Shown here piece by piece: positions 1 through 11,729 of a DNA stretch of 64,000 nt. Every line of letters starts with the position of its first letter. The first letter of the stretch is position 1. Source of the stretch: the human T2T-CHM13v2.0 reference genome, Homo sapiens. A model generated the notes under the pieces. It was given only the letters and a program-made list of their open reading frames with translations, made no database searches and had not been told where the DNA came from. The stretch lies in NCBI RefSeq assembly GCF_009914755.1, contig NC_060947.1; one strand, given 5' to 3'. The position numbers and the translations under genes were made by a program.

Positions 1-589
1 GGAAGAACACATGAAGCCATCTCAGGAAGACAGCCATTCACTAGCCAAGGACAGAGGCCTTAAGAGAAATAAACCCTAGCAATGTCTAGAATTCTAGCTT
101 TGAGGACCATGAGAAAATAAAATTCTTGTTTAAGCCACCTAGTCTGTGGAACTTTCATATGACAGTTTTGTTAGTTTTATAGGGCTGCCATAACAAAATA
201 CCACAGACTGGGTAACTTAAAGGAGAGAAACTAATTTTTTTCAGAGTTCTAGAGGCTGGAATTCCAAAATCAAGGTGCCAGCCAGTTTGGTTTCTCCTAA
301 GGCCTCTCTTCTTGGTTTGCAGATAGCCACCTTCTCTTTGTCCTTACAGGACCTTTTATCTTTGTGTGCAAATCCCTGCTGTCTTTTGTGTGTCCTAATC
401 TTTTCATATAAAGTTAACAGATTGGATTAGAGTCTACTTTAAAGACTTCATGTGAATAAATCACCCATTTAAAGATCCTATTTTGCTAATATAGTCACAT
501 TCAGAGGCACTGGGGATTAGAGCTTCATCACATGAATTTTGGGAGTACACAATTTAGTCCATAACATCAGCCTAATTAAACTAATTACA
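1..589 (+). mobile_element. MaLR LTR (MLT1 type), 3' portion, interrupted at 166-566 by a second MLT1
   Basis: MLT1 3' motifs 'ttgtttaagccacctagtctgtgg...atgacag' (to 165); the terminus 'cagcctaattaaactaattaca' resumes at 567-589. Confidence 0.75.
168..566 (-). mobile_element. MaLR solo LTR (MLT1A/B-like)
   Basis: Antisense MLT1 'ttagttttatagggctgccataacaaaataccacagactgggt ... tagtcacattcagaggcactgggg ... aatttagtccataaca'. Confidence 0.85.
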
Positions 590-1242
590 GGCACTCTGAA
601 CAGTGAGATGATCCACATGTCTACATCAATCCACATGAACTTCTATCAGCACATTGTTACATAAGGGAAAATGAAATATGACGAGTTGACATTTACTTCA
701 ATCTTAGCATGGTGTTCCTATTATTGCAGTAAGTAGTTAAATATTTGATTATTGTTTTCATTTTTGACTTGTTGCTTTAATCAGTTACTGGACATCTCAG
801 TTCACTCTCCAGCTCAGTGAAGTGCCTGACATAAATACACCAGTTGAAAAAGATCCTAGATGATGATTGGGAGTATAGGAACAATGCTCAAATGTCCAGC
901 TCCCCACTAAAAAGAGCCTGAAATAAATTAAGATGTTCAGAGACACAGTCAAGTAGGTGGGGACTCAGTGGTGAAACAGAATGAAGCAAATAAGACATAA
1001 GCACAGGGACCAGCAATAGCTACATTCACCAGTAACATGGAGAGACAAATACCAGTGCAATTAAGTGTTGAGATTTGTTCATAAAAGCCACTCCACATTT
1101 CATGCTACAAAGGTTAATTCCAGAACCTACCCCTCTTTTGTTGACTTCTCAAAATTATCACATATTGTCATGGGTGTGGTGAAGAAGAACACAGTTGTGA
1201 AGAAAATGTCTGACATTGATATTTATTAAGAAAATAATACAT

Positions 1243-2632
1243 TCCATGGATTAAAGATTTAAATGTAATAAATCAAACTAAAAGAATCCTAAAAGATCTC
1301 ATTTTCCCTATTTTTGTACCAAATTTAATTGCATATTTTAAAATAACTAAAGGAGTATAACTGATTGTAACACAAAGGATAAATGCTTGAGTTAATGGAT
1401 ACCCCATTTACTCTGATGTGATTATTATGCATTGCAAGCCTGTATTAAAATATTTCATGTAACCCACAAATATATACACTGACTGTAAACCCGCAAAAAC
1501 AAAAAATAAAAGAATCCTAGAAGAAAATCTGGGAAATATCTTTCTGAACATCACCCTTGGGAAATAATTTATGACTAAGTCTGCAAAAGCAATTGCAATA
1601 AAAACAAAAATTAACAAGCGAGACCGAATTAAACTAAACAGTTTGTGCACAGCAAAAGAAACTATCAACAGAGTAAACAGATAACCTACAGAATGGGAGA
1701 AAATATTGGCAAACTATTCTTCTGATGAAAGTCTAATATACAGAATATGTAAGAGCTTAAACAATTCAACAAGAAAAAACCAGATAACCTCATCAAAAAG
1801 TGAGTGAAAGAGATGAAGAGACACTTTTCAAAAGAAGATATGCAAGCAGCCAACAAACATAAAAAATGCTCCACATCACTAATCATCAGAGAAATGCAAA
1901 CCAAAACCACAGTGAGATACCATCTCACATCAGTAAGAATGGCTATTATTAACAAGTCAGAAAACAACAGATGCTGGCAAGGCTATGGAGAAAAGGGAAT
2001 GCTTACACACAGTTTGTCAAAATGTAAATTATTTCAGCCACTATGGAAAGCAGTTTGGAGATTTTTCAGAAAAACTTGAAACAGAACTACCATTTGATCT
2101 AGCATTCCCATTACTGAATATATACCCAAAAGAAATAATTCTACCAAAAAGACACATCAACCTATATGTTCATCACAGCACTATTTACAATAGTGAAGAC
2201 ATGGAATTAATATAGTTCCCTGTTAATTGTGAATTGGATAAAGAAAATGTGATACATATACACCATTGAATACTACATAGCCATTTAAAAAAATCAAAAT
2301 AAGATTTTTGCAGCAACATGGATGTAGCTGGATGCCATTATCTTAAGCAAATTAACATAAGAACAGAAAAGCAAATTCCATGTGTTCTCACTTATAAGTG
2401 GGAGCTAAACATTAGGTATGCATAGGCATAAAGACGGGAACAATAGACGCTGGCAACTAGAAGAGGGGGAAGGGAAGAATGGGGGGAGGAGTTGAAAAAC
2501 TAACTATTGTATAGTATGATCACTATCTAGGTGATGGAATCAATCATAACCCAAACCTCAGCATCACACAATATTCCCATGTAACAAACCTGCACATGTG
2601 CACCAAGAATCTAAAATAAATGTTGAAATTAT
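1243..2632 (+). mobile_element. 5'-truncated LINE-1 (L1PA15/16-like), ORF2 3' end plus 3'UTR
   Basis: ORF2 C-terminal remnant ([15 protein letters not shown]..., ORF 1804-2079); 3'UTR 'ccaaacctcagcatcacacaatattcccatgtaacaaacctgcacatg'. Confidence 0.9.
1297..1507 (+). mobile_element. Short L1MA1-3-like 3' end inserted in the L1PA15/16 copy
   Basis: 'aaataactaaaggagtataa...cacaaaggataaatgcttgag...ggataccccattt' 3'UTR; TSD taaaagaatcctaRaaga at 1279-1296 and 1507-1524. Confidence 0.85.
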
Positions 2633-2914
2633 TTACAAATATACAGCAATGTTGTGTATTAGTGGAATGTAAAACAGCATAGAGATTTTTTTTAAAAAAC
2701 TATTATATTTTATTAAGTAGATAGATGACAAGTCACAGCTAACTTACACATATATTTCAATAAATAGATACATGCTGAGGCACAGGGAACCAACACACAC
2801 ATTTCATTTTTTAAGAAATATTTCAGTTTATTGTTAAATCAGTTTTTTTGAGGAAAAAACACTTCTTTATTAAGAATTTTAGAGTTTTTATTTTTTTTTC
2901 ATTTTTTTAAACTT

Positions 2915-3837
2915 TAAGATCTACATCCAGAATGGTATTTCTAGATTATCTTGCAAGGTTTTTATTGTTTTTGTTTTTATAATTGAGTATTCCATCTCAA
3001 ATTGATTGTTTTACGTGATGTAAGGAAGGGGTCCAGTTTCAGTCTTCTGCATATGACTGCTACACAGTTATCCCACCATTATTTATTAAATAGGGAAATC
3101 TTTTCTCCACTGCTTGTTTTTGTTAACTTTGTTGAAGATCAGATGGTAGTAGGTATGTGACTTTATTTCTGGGGTTTTTATTCTGTTCTATTGGTCTATG
3201 TGTCTGTTTTTGTATCAATACGATGCTACTTTCATCACTGTAGTCTAGTAGTATAGTTTGAAGTACTGTAATGTGATGTCTCTAGCTTTCTTTTTTCTTA
3301 GAATTGCATTAGCTATTCTGACTTTTTTTGGTTCCATATGAATTTTAAAATAGTTTTTTTCCTAGTTCTATGAAAAATGTCACTGATAGTTTGATAAGCA
3401 TAGCATTAAACCTGTGAATTGCCTTGGGCTGTATGGCCATTTTAATGATATTGACTCTTCCTATCCATGAGCATGGAATGGTTTTCCATTTGTTTATGTC
3501 ATTTCTGATTTTTTGAGCAATGTTTTGTAATTATCATTGCAGTGACCTTTAACCTCCCTGATTAGCTGTATTCCTAGGTATTTTATTCTTTTTTTTGTGG
3601 CAATTGCGAATGGGATTGTGTTCTTGGTTAGGCTTTCAGCTTGGACACTGTTGATGTATAGAAATGCTACTGATGTTTATACATTGATTTTGCATCCTGC
3701 AACTTTGCTAAAGTTGTTTATCAGGTCTAAGAGCTTTCGGCCAGAGAACATGGGTTTTCTAGGTATAGAATCATATCATATGCAAACAGAGATATTTTGA
3801 CTTCCTCTCTTCCCATTTGGATACATTCTATGTCTTT
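2915..3837 (-). mobile_element. LINE-1 ORF2 fragment (older L1PA type)
   Basis: Antisense L1 ORF2 motifs 'gtttgaagtactgtaatgtgatg', 'ttcctatccatgagcatggaatg'. Confidence 0.85.
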
Positions 3838-4093
3838 TAGAACAATTTTTATACAAAGTGTCCTTAAATTTAATAAATTTACTATTAATAAAAAAGAAAA
3901 TAATACACCCCTAACAAATTGAATTTGCTTTGATGAGAGTGCCTAGCGTGCTGAACCATATCAATGTGTACAAAAATCACATACCTGAATTTATGCAATG
4001 ATTGCATTCAAACATTTCATGATAAACACATGGAAATGATTTTATTATTTAGCAAAGTGAGAAAAAGTAGAAACTGTTTAGAATTACAATGAC

Positions 4094-4437
4094 GAGTGCT
4101 CTTTGTTTTATGAGGGAGTTATGCTCTAATAAGCCCATTATGAGTTTAAAATAGTGTAAATCAAAAATGCATTTAATACACAACCTACTGAACATCATAG
4201 CTTAGCCAAGCCTTCCTTAAAGGTACTCAGAACAGTCACTTTGGCCTAAAGTTGGGCAAAATCTTCTAACACAAAGCCTATCTTGTAATAAAGCATTTAG
4301 TTCTAAATTGTATCTGAATTCTGTACTGAAAGTGAAAATATGAATGGTTGTATGGGTAACCAAATATGATTTCTACTGAATGCACATCATGTTTGCAACA
4401 TCATGAAATCAAAAAATTGTAAGTCAGGGATCATATG
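4094..4437 (+). mobile_element. TcMar-Tigger MITE (MER47A-like)
   Basis: 'aaaaatgcatttaatacacaacctactgaacatcatagcttagcc...gttgggcaaaatcttctaacacaaagccta' matches the recalled MER47A consensus; about 345 bp. Confidence 0.8.
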
Positions 4438-4459
4438 TAGTTGAATGTCCATAAATAAA

Positions 4460-4740
4460 AACTTCTGATTAAGGGATAACTATCAAACTGGAGGGATTTT
4501 TAAATAATTTTGCTGTCAGCTGTACACTATTAAATATTTGTATTAGTGATATAAACAAAGACATTAATTACTTGCTAATAATGTTTGTGGAAAACATGAA
4601 CCAAGAAAGAAAAATTGACATGTTAACCAGTAGGATGAAACTCTATAAAGATCTAATGGGGTGATATCTAACAAGATAAAATTTAACAGAAGTAAATGTA
4701 AAGTTATGTTTTTGAGTCTAAAACCTGGACAAATTAAAAG
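4460..4740 (+). mobile_element. Ancient CR1/L3 LINE fragment
   Basis: 'aacaagataaaatttaacagaagtaaatgtaaagttatg' resembles the L3 RT region; highly diverged. Confidence 0.5.
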
Positions 4741-7274
4741 AAACGTTGCCTAACTGGTTTATGTTATAAAGAATTTTGCAGATATTCCTTCAAAGAAATG
4801 TATTTATGCAGGAGGACTTCAAGATGACTGACTACAGGCATCTGGTACTCACCTCCTCCAAAACTAAGAAGTGAAATAGCAAGAAGGTAATTACACTTCA
4901 AATAAATTACCTAAGATAAAATATTGGAATTCAACAGAGAAGTCACAGGAAATTCCTAACACAAGGAAGGAAAGTGAGGCAAGGCAGCCTGATTTGCTGG
5001 GATCCTGTAGAGCCTTCCCAATGCAGGGAAAGGGTAAGTAAGTCACCCCCAAAAGTCTACATTCTCACCATGGACTCTAGATAGTCCAGCCATGGGAGAG
5101 CTACTCAACCCATCAGAACCCCAAACTAACATTAAGAGCTGCCTGGAGACCAGTTGATGGCATTGCTCCAGAGAGAGAGCACATGTTGGGTTTCACTCAC
5201 ATCCCAAATTCTAAGCAGCTGCTGCAAGGTGACATTTTAAGTGCCTAGCCATCACCACACTGCACCCTGCCCTGGCGGTCAACAATCCCTTAATCTCCAC
5301 ATCCCTGGAACCCCAATGATATGCTCTGTCCACATCTGGGAACTGCTGCTGGCTGCAGCTGTCAGGGCTGAAGTATGAACAATTGGCTGTGATCTCACTA
5401 CCCCAAGTAGCAGGGCCACTGTGCATTTTAAATTGCCCTGAGAAAAGGCTACTCCACTTAGAGCTGCCGCCTGGAGCCCCAGCTGCCTGTTTATGGCTGT
5501 TGCCACTGAAAGCCATCCCACCAGGGAGCAGCAGGGATGCGGCACAGCCACTGCTGCCCCAACCCAAGCATTCTTATAAAGGTTTGAGAATTTTGTCAAT
5601 GACTACCACAGTCAGTACCAACAAACTCCACAGAGAAGCTCAGGATAGTTCTGCCCAGCACAGCACAATCTCCTCAGTGCCCAGGCACACCGTCTGATGT
5701 CCTCAAGACCACTCTGTCCCATCTATCACTGTACCTGAGTACTCTTCTTAGGGTCTTGAGGATGGGCCTAAACAAACTTCTACTATGCCCACAGCTGGAC
5801 TTACCCACATGCATCCCCTGTAGGCCCGAGGACTGACCCACACAGCCATGAGCATCACCACCGTGGAACGCTTGGAAGCCGGAGGATTGTCCTATCACTA
5901 TTACTGCCATTGCCCAGGACAAACTGCTGCCCAGGGGCACAAAAAATGTGCCCACCATTGCAATTTCTGGCACCCAATCAAGCTGCATGGTGGCCCAAAA
6001 ATCAGCCCACCTGGACCTGCTAACAATGGTGCCAGTATATGCTGCCCTGCGACACAAGGATAGGCACAGTCGGTCCACAATTGCCACCATTGAAGAGTGG
6101 TCCACCTGATATCACCATCCCCAGGAAAATATCATCACAGCCTGCATTAAAAACCACACACTAAGCCAATAAAGAAATCAAAGACACTATTGATGCTGTT
6201 TAACACTGAAAAGATTATATGGTGACTAAACTACTTCATGCACATAGAATAAAAGCCAAATAGCCCTACCCAACCAACATGACAAAAATATCTTCAGGAA
6301 AAAGTTCTTCCCCAAAAATATATTTTTTAAAAATTGAGGAATCCAACTATTATACCAAATGCACAGATAACCACAGAAGGACACAAGAAATATAAATAAA
6401 CAATAAAAATTTCACCTCCAAAAGAACACAATAGTTCTCTAGTAACACTCCAGTGAAGAAACTTATGAAATCTCAAAAAAAAGAATATAAAATAATGATA
6501 TTAATAAAGGTCAATGAGATAAGAAATCTCAGAAAAACAATAAAAAGAAATAAGAAATTTTTTTAAAAAATTCAGGATATGAATGAGAAATTTACCAAAG
6601 AGATAAATATTTTAAAAAAGAAAAAATATATCAGAAACCAAAAAATTCATCGAAAGAAACACAAAACACATTTGAAAACTTCAAGAATACAGTATATCAA
6701 GCAGAAGAAAGAAATCAGAACTAGAAGACAAGTCTTTTGAAATAATCCAGTCAGACAAAAATAAAGAAAAAAATTTTAGAACTGTTGCAAGAAAAAGTAA
6801 AATAACTAGGAATGTACTTACACAAGTAGAGAAAGATCTCTACAAGGAAAACTGCAAGACACTGATGAAAGAAATTGTAGGTGACATAAACAAATGGAAA
6901 CACATTCCATGATCGTGAATGGGAAGAATCAATCGTGTAAGAATGATACTATTGCACAAAACAATCTATAGATTCAACGTAATTCCCATCAATTACCATT
7001 ATTATTCTTCACAGAACAAAAAAATCAATCCTAAAATTTATTTGGAATCAAAAAAGAGCCCACATAACCAAATAAATACTAAGCAAAAAGAAAAAATATG
7101 GAGACTCACATTACCCAACTTCAAATAATACTACAAGACTATACTTACCAAAACATTATGGTATTAACATAATAGTAGGCACATAGATCAATGGAACAGA
7201 ATGGAGAAGCCAGAAGTAAAACCAAATACTTACAGCCAACTGTTCGTCAACAGAGCATGTAAAAACTTAAATTG

Positions 7275-7445
7275 TGGTGGGGTGGGGGGAGGGGGGAGGG
7301 ATAGCATTGGGAGATATACCTAATGCTAGATGATGAGTTAGTGGGTGCAGCGCACCAGCATGGCACATGTATACATATGTAACTAACCTGCACAATGTGC
7401 ACATGTACCCTAAAACTTAAAGTATAATAAATAAAAAATTAAAAA
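7275..7445 (+). mobile_element. Very short L1PA2-type 3' end insertion
   Basis: 'gatagcattgggagatatacctaatgctagatgatgagttagtgggtgcagcgcaccagc...cttaaagtataat'; GAG rather than the L1HS ACA; perfect TSD aaaaacttaaattg at 7261-7274 and 7446-7459. Confidence 0.9.
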
Positions 7446-7746
7446 AAAAACTTAAATTGACAAAAAGACACACTATTCCATAAATGGTGCTGAGAAAACT
7501 GGCAAGCCACATGCAGAAGAATGAAACTGGAACATCGTATTGCACTATATAGAAAAATCAACTCAAGATGGATCAAAGACTAAAATATAAGACCTGAAAG
7601 CACAAAAATTCTAGATGATACCATTTGAAACACTCTTCTGGACATTGGCTTAGGTAAACAATTCATGGCTAAGATCCCAAAAGCAAATCAACAAAAACAT
7701 AATAACAACTGGAATCTATTTAAACTACAGAGCTTCTGCCCAGCAA

Positions 7747-7801
7747 AATAATAATAATAATAATCATCGTCATCATCATCATCATCATTATCAGCACCAG
7801 C
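7747..7801. repeat. Compound trinucleotide microsatellite (AAT)n-(CAT)n-(CAG/CAC)
   Basis: Read directly from the sequence. Confidence 0.9.
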
Positions 7802-9742
7802 AGAGTAAACAGACAACCGCAAAGTGGGAGAAAATATTCACAAACTATACATCCTACAAAGGACTAGTGTCAACAATCTACAAAAAACTCAAGCAAATCA
7901 GCAAGAGAAAAACAAATAATTCCATCAACAAGCGGAAATGAATTGACATTTCTCAAAAGAAGATATACAAACAGCCAACAAACATATGAAAAAATGCTTA
8001 ATATCACTAATCATCAGGGAAATGTGAATTAAAACCACAATGAGATAGCACCTCACTCCTGCAAGAATGGCCATAGTTAAAGTTAAAAAATAATAGATGT
8101 TGACATGATTGTGGTGGAAAAGAAACACTTATAGACTACTGTTGGGAATGAAAATTAGTACAACCACTATGGAAAACAGTACGGATATTCCTTAAAGAAC
8201 TAAAAGTAGAACTACCATTTGATCCAGCAATCCCACTACTGGGTATCTACCCGAAAGAAAAGAAGTCATTATATGAAAAAGAAATATGAACATAAATGTT
8301 TATAGCAGCACAATTCACAATAGCAAAGATAATGGAACCAACCTAAGTGTCCATCACCCAATGAATGAATAAAGAAAATGTGGTATATATACATCATGGA
8401 ATACTACTCAGCTATAAAAGGAATGAAATCATGTATTTTGCAGCAACATGGATGGAGCTGGAGCCCCTTATTCTAAGTGAAGTCACTCAGAATGGAAAAC
8501 CAAATATTGTTATGTTCCCACTTAGAAGTGGGAGCTGAGCTATGAGCACACAAAGGCATAAGAATGATATAATGGAATTTGGGGACTTAGGAGAGATGTT
8601 TTGGAAGGGTGAGCAATAAGACACTATAAATTAGGTACAGTGTACATTTCTTGTGTGACAGATGCACTAAAATCTTAGAAATCACTACTAAAGAACTTAT
8701 CCATGTAACCAAAAACCACCTGCACCCCAAAAACTATGGAAATAAAAATATTTTAAAATAATAATCAAAGGTTACTTAACATATGAGACAGCATAAAGTG
8801 ACAAAATATTCAATTTTTTGATGTCCCAGAAGTTGAAGAGAAAACAAAAGAAATAGGAAATCTATTTAATAAAATAATAGCTGAAAACTTCCCAATCTAA
8901 CAAAACATTTAGACATCCAAATGTAGAAGGCTCAAAGATCTCCAATAAGATACAATTCAAAAAGATCTTCACAGCACATTATAGTTAAACTATCAAAAGT
9001 CAATATCAAAGAGATAATTATAAAACCAGTAATGAAAAAAAAATTACTAGTCACTTTTAAGTGTATCTCCATCATACCAACACTAGACATATCAGCAGAA
9101 ACATTATAGGCCAGGACAGAATAGAATAATACAGTCAAAGTGCTGAAAAAAAAATAGCTGCTAGGAAACAATACTATGGACAACAAAGTTATCATTTATA
9201 AATAAAGAAGAAATGAAGACTTTCCCAAAGAAAGTAATCTTGGTTGGAAGCTTTTTTTTTCTTTCAGCACTTTGACTGTGTTATGGAATTCATCACCACA
9301 AGATGGGTCCACAAGAAATGCTTAAGGGATCCTACATGTGGAAGCAAAAGGATGATATTTATGATCATGAAAATACACAAAAGTACTAAACACACGGGTA
9401 GAGCAAACACACAAATGAGGAAGAGAAAGGACTTCAGTGTTACCACTACAGAAAACCACTAAACCAAAATAAAGAAAACAAAACATAAATTAAGGAGCAA
9501 AATATATTTAATAAAATAAATAAAATGACAAGTATAAGCCCTCACATATCTATAATACCCTTGCATATAAATAAACTGTCTGCTTAAATGTTATAGAATG
9601 ATTGAATGAATAACACAACTTGATCCAACTATATGCTGCATAAAAAAATCTCATTTCACTTCTAAATACACATATAGACTGAAAGCACAGAGATGAAAAA
9701 TTATATTCCATGTAAATGGAAACCAAAAATAAACAGCAGTAT

Positions 9743-10180
9743 TTTGTATTATGTCCTTTTGTGCCTAGTTTATTAAGAGTATTTATCATGAAGGGATGCT
9801 GAATTTTAGCAAATGCTTTTTCTTTATCTATTGAGAAAATCATGTTTTTTCTCTTTATTTGGTTGATCACATTTATTGATTTGTGTGTATTGAACCATTC
9901 TTAACATATGAAGTTTAAAACTCACCTGATATGATTTTGATTTTTAAAAATGTGTTTATACTTTGTTTTTGTCCTAGTATATGGTTTATCTTGGAGAATA
10001 TTCCATGTGCGGATGAGAAGAATGTACATTCTATTGCAATTGGAATGTTATGTAAATGATTGCAGCTGACCAGCACTGGTGCCATAGCCCCAATAGCGGC
10101 CACAGTTCATGTGCCTGAGAGCAGTAAGACTGTTCCACCTACCCTTGCTTGTCAGGGCTCAGCACCAGTTTCCACCCAGG
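9743..10180. mobile_element. Patchwork of short L1 fragments (two antisense ORF2 pieces plus a GC-rich 5'UTR-like piece)
   Basis: Antisense RT-region piece about 9745-9900; antisense EN-region piece about 9930-10058 ('ggagaatattccatgtgcggatgagaagaatgtacattct'); GC-rich piece 10060-10180. Confidence 0.6.
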
Positions 10181-10181
10181 C

Positions 10182-11062
10182 ATAATTTCCTATGCCTGTC
10201 TTTACTTTTATCTCTTAATCCCATCATTTTCATAAGCTGAGGTTGTATGTCGCCTCAGGACCCTATGATGATTGTGTGAACTGCATAAATTGTTTGTAAA
10301 ACACGTGTGTTCAAACAATATGAAATCTGGGCATCCTGAAAAAAGAAAAGGATAGCAGCAATTTTCAGGGAACAAGGGAGATAACCATGAGGTCTGACTG
10401 CCTGTGGGGCCGGGCAGAACAGAGTCATATTTCTCTTCTTGCAGAAAGCAAATAGGAGAAATAGTGCTGAATTATTTTCCCAGCAAGGAATAACCCTGGG
10501 AAAGGAATGCATTCCCAGGGGGAGGTCTCTCAAATGACCACTCTGGGAGTGTGTGTCTTATGTGGTTGAAGATAAGGGATGAAATACGCCCTGGTCTCCT
10601 GCAGCGCCCTCAGGCTTGCTAGGATTAGAAAATTCCAGCCTGGCGAATTCTAGTCAGACCAGTTGTCTGCTCTCGAACCCTGTTTCCTGTTAAGATGTTT
10701 ACCGATGACAATGCATGCCCAGCGGGACATGGAACGTCATCAGTAATTCTAATTTTGCCCTGGCCTTGTAATCTTGCTTTGCCATTTGCCTTGTGATCTT
10801 TTATTGCCCTGTGAAGCATGTGATCTCTGTGACCCACTCCCTATTCGTACACCCCTCCCCTTTTGAAATCCCTAATAAAAACTTGCTGGTTTTGTGGCTC
10901 AGGTGGGCATCACAGAACCTGCCGATATGTGATGTCACCCTCGGAGGCCCAGCTATAAAATTTCTCTCTTTGTACTCTTTTTCTTTATTTCTCAGACCGG
11001 CTGACACTTAGGGAAAATAGAAAAGAGACTACACTGAAATACTGGGGCTGGTTCCCCAGATA
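10182..11062 (+). mobile_element. MER11 (HERVK11/HML-8) LTR, MER11B/C-like, lacking about 200 bp at its 5' end
   Basis: 'gtatgtcgcctcaggaccctatgatgattg', 'aataaaaacttgctggttttgtggctcagg', terminus 'ggggctggttccccagata'. Confidence 0.9.
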
Positions 11063-11266
11063 ACTACCAATTACTTTCTTCACATAACTAGAAAAAAACT
11101 ATTTTAAAATTCATCTGGAACCAAAGAGGAGCCTGAATAGCCAAGGTAATCCTAAGCAAACAGGACAAAGCCGGAGGCATCACACTATCCAACTTCAAAC
11201 TACAATACAGAACTATAGTAACCAAAAGAACATGGTACTGGTACAAAAACAGACACATAGACCAAT
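11063..11266 (+). mobile_element. L1PA-type ORF2 fragment
   Basis: 'ggaggcatcacactatccaacttcaaactacaatac...ggtacaaaaacagacacatagaccaatg'. Confidence 0.8.
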
Positions 11267-11269
11267 GCA

Positions 11270-11716
11270 ATTGGTTATTCACAATAGCAAAGATGTGAAA
11301 ACTATCTAAGCATATATAAATGGATGAATGGATATAGGAAATATTGTATACTTGTATATACAATGAGATATTCAGCCATGAAAAGAAAATTCTGCCATTT
11401 GCAACATGGATGAAACTAGAAGATGTTATGCTAAGTGAAATAGGCCAGACATAGAATAGAAATACTTCATGATATCACTTACTTGTGGGATCTGTTCAAC
11501 ATGTTGACTACAGTTAATAATACTGCATTACATACTTGAAATTTGATAAGAAAGTAGCCCTTAAATATTATCACCTTAATGATACCTATGTATGGTGGTG
11601 GATATATTAATTACCTTGATTGTGGTAAACATTTCACAATGTATACACACATCAAAGCATCACTTATACACCTTAAACATGCAATTTTGTCAGTTATACC
11701 TCAAAAAGATGGAAAA
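11270..11716 (+). mobile_element. L1MA (L1MA8/9-like) 3' end
   Basis: 'tacttgaaatttgataagaaagtag...ccttgattgtggtaaacatttcacaatgtatac'. Confidence 0.75.
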
Positions 11717-11729
11717 ATCATACATAATA

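Larger units (their letters stand above)
6790..8749 (+). mobile_element. 5'-truncated L1PB (L1PB1-3-like)
   Basis: ORF2 3' region and the L1PB 3'UTR 'cactaaaatcttagaaatcactactaaagaacttatccatgtaaccaaaaaccacctg'. Confidence 0.85.
4810..9742 (+). mobile_element. LINE-1 5' portion (L1M1/L1MA-type 5'UTR, ORF1, start of ORF2 endonuclease), split at about 6780-8750 by an L1PB insertion
   Basis: 5' start 'ggaggacttcaagatgactgactac'; GC-rich 5'UTR to about 6150; ORF1 coiled-coil 'gaactagaagacaagtcttttgaaataatccagtcagac' continues at about 8755; EN-like sequence 9520-9742. Confidence 0.8.

Noticed and set aside
5211-6105. Overlapping 100-143 aa ORFs in GC-richer DNA
   Set aside because: They lie in an old L1 5'UTR; higher GC lowers stop frequency; no recognisable protein
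7275-7300. G-quadruplex-forming tract
   Set aside because: Standard feature of the L1PA 3'UTR
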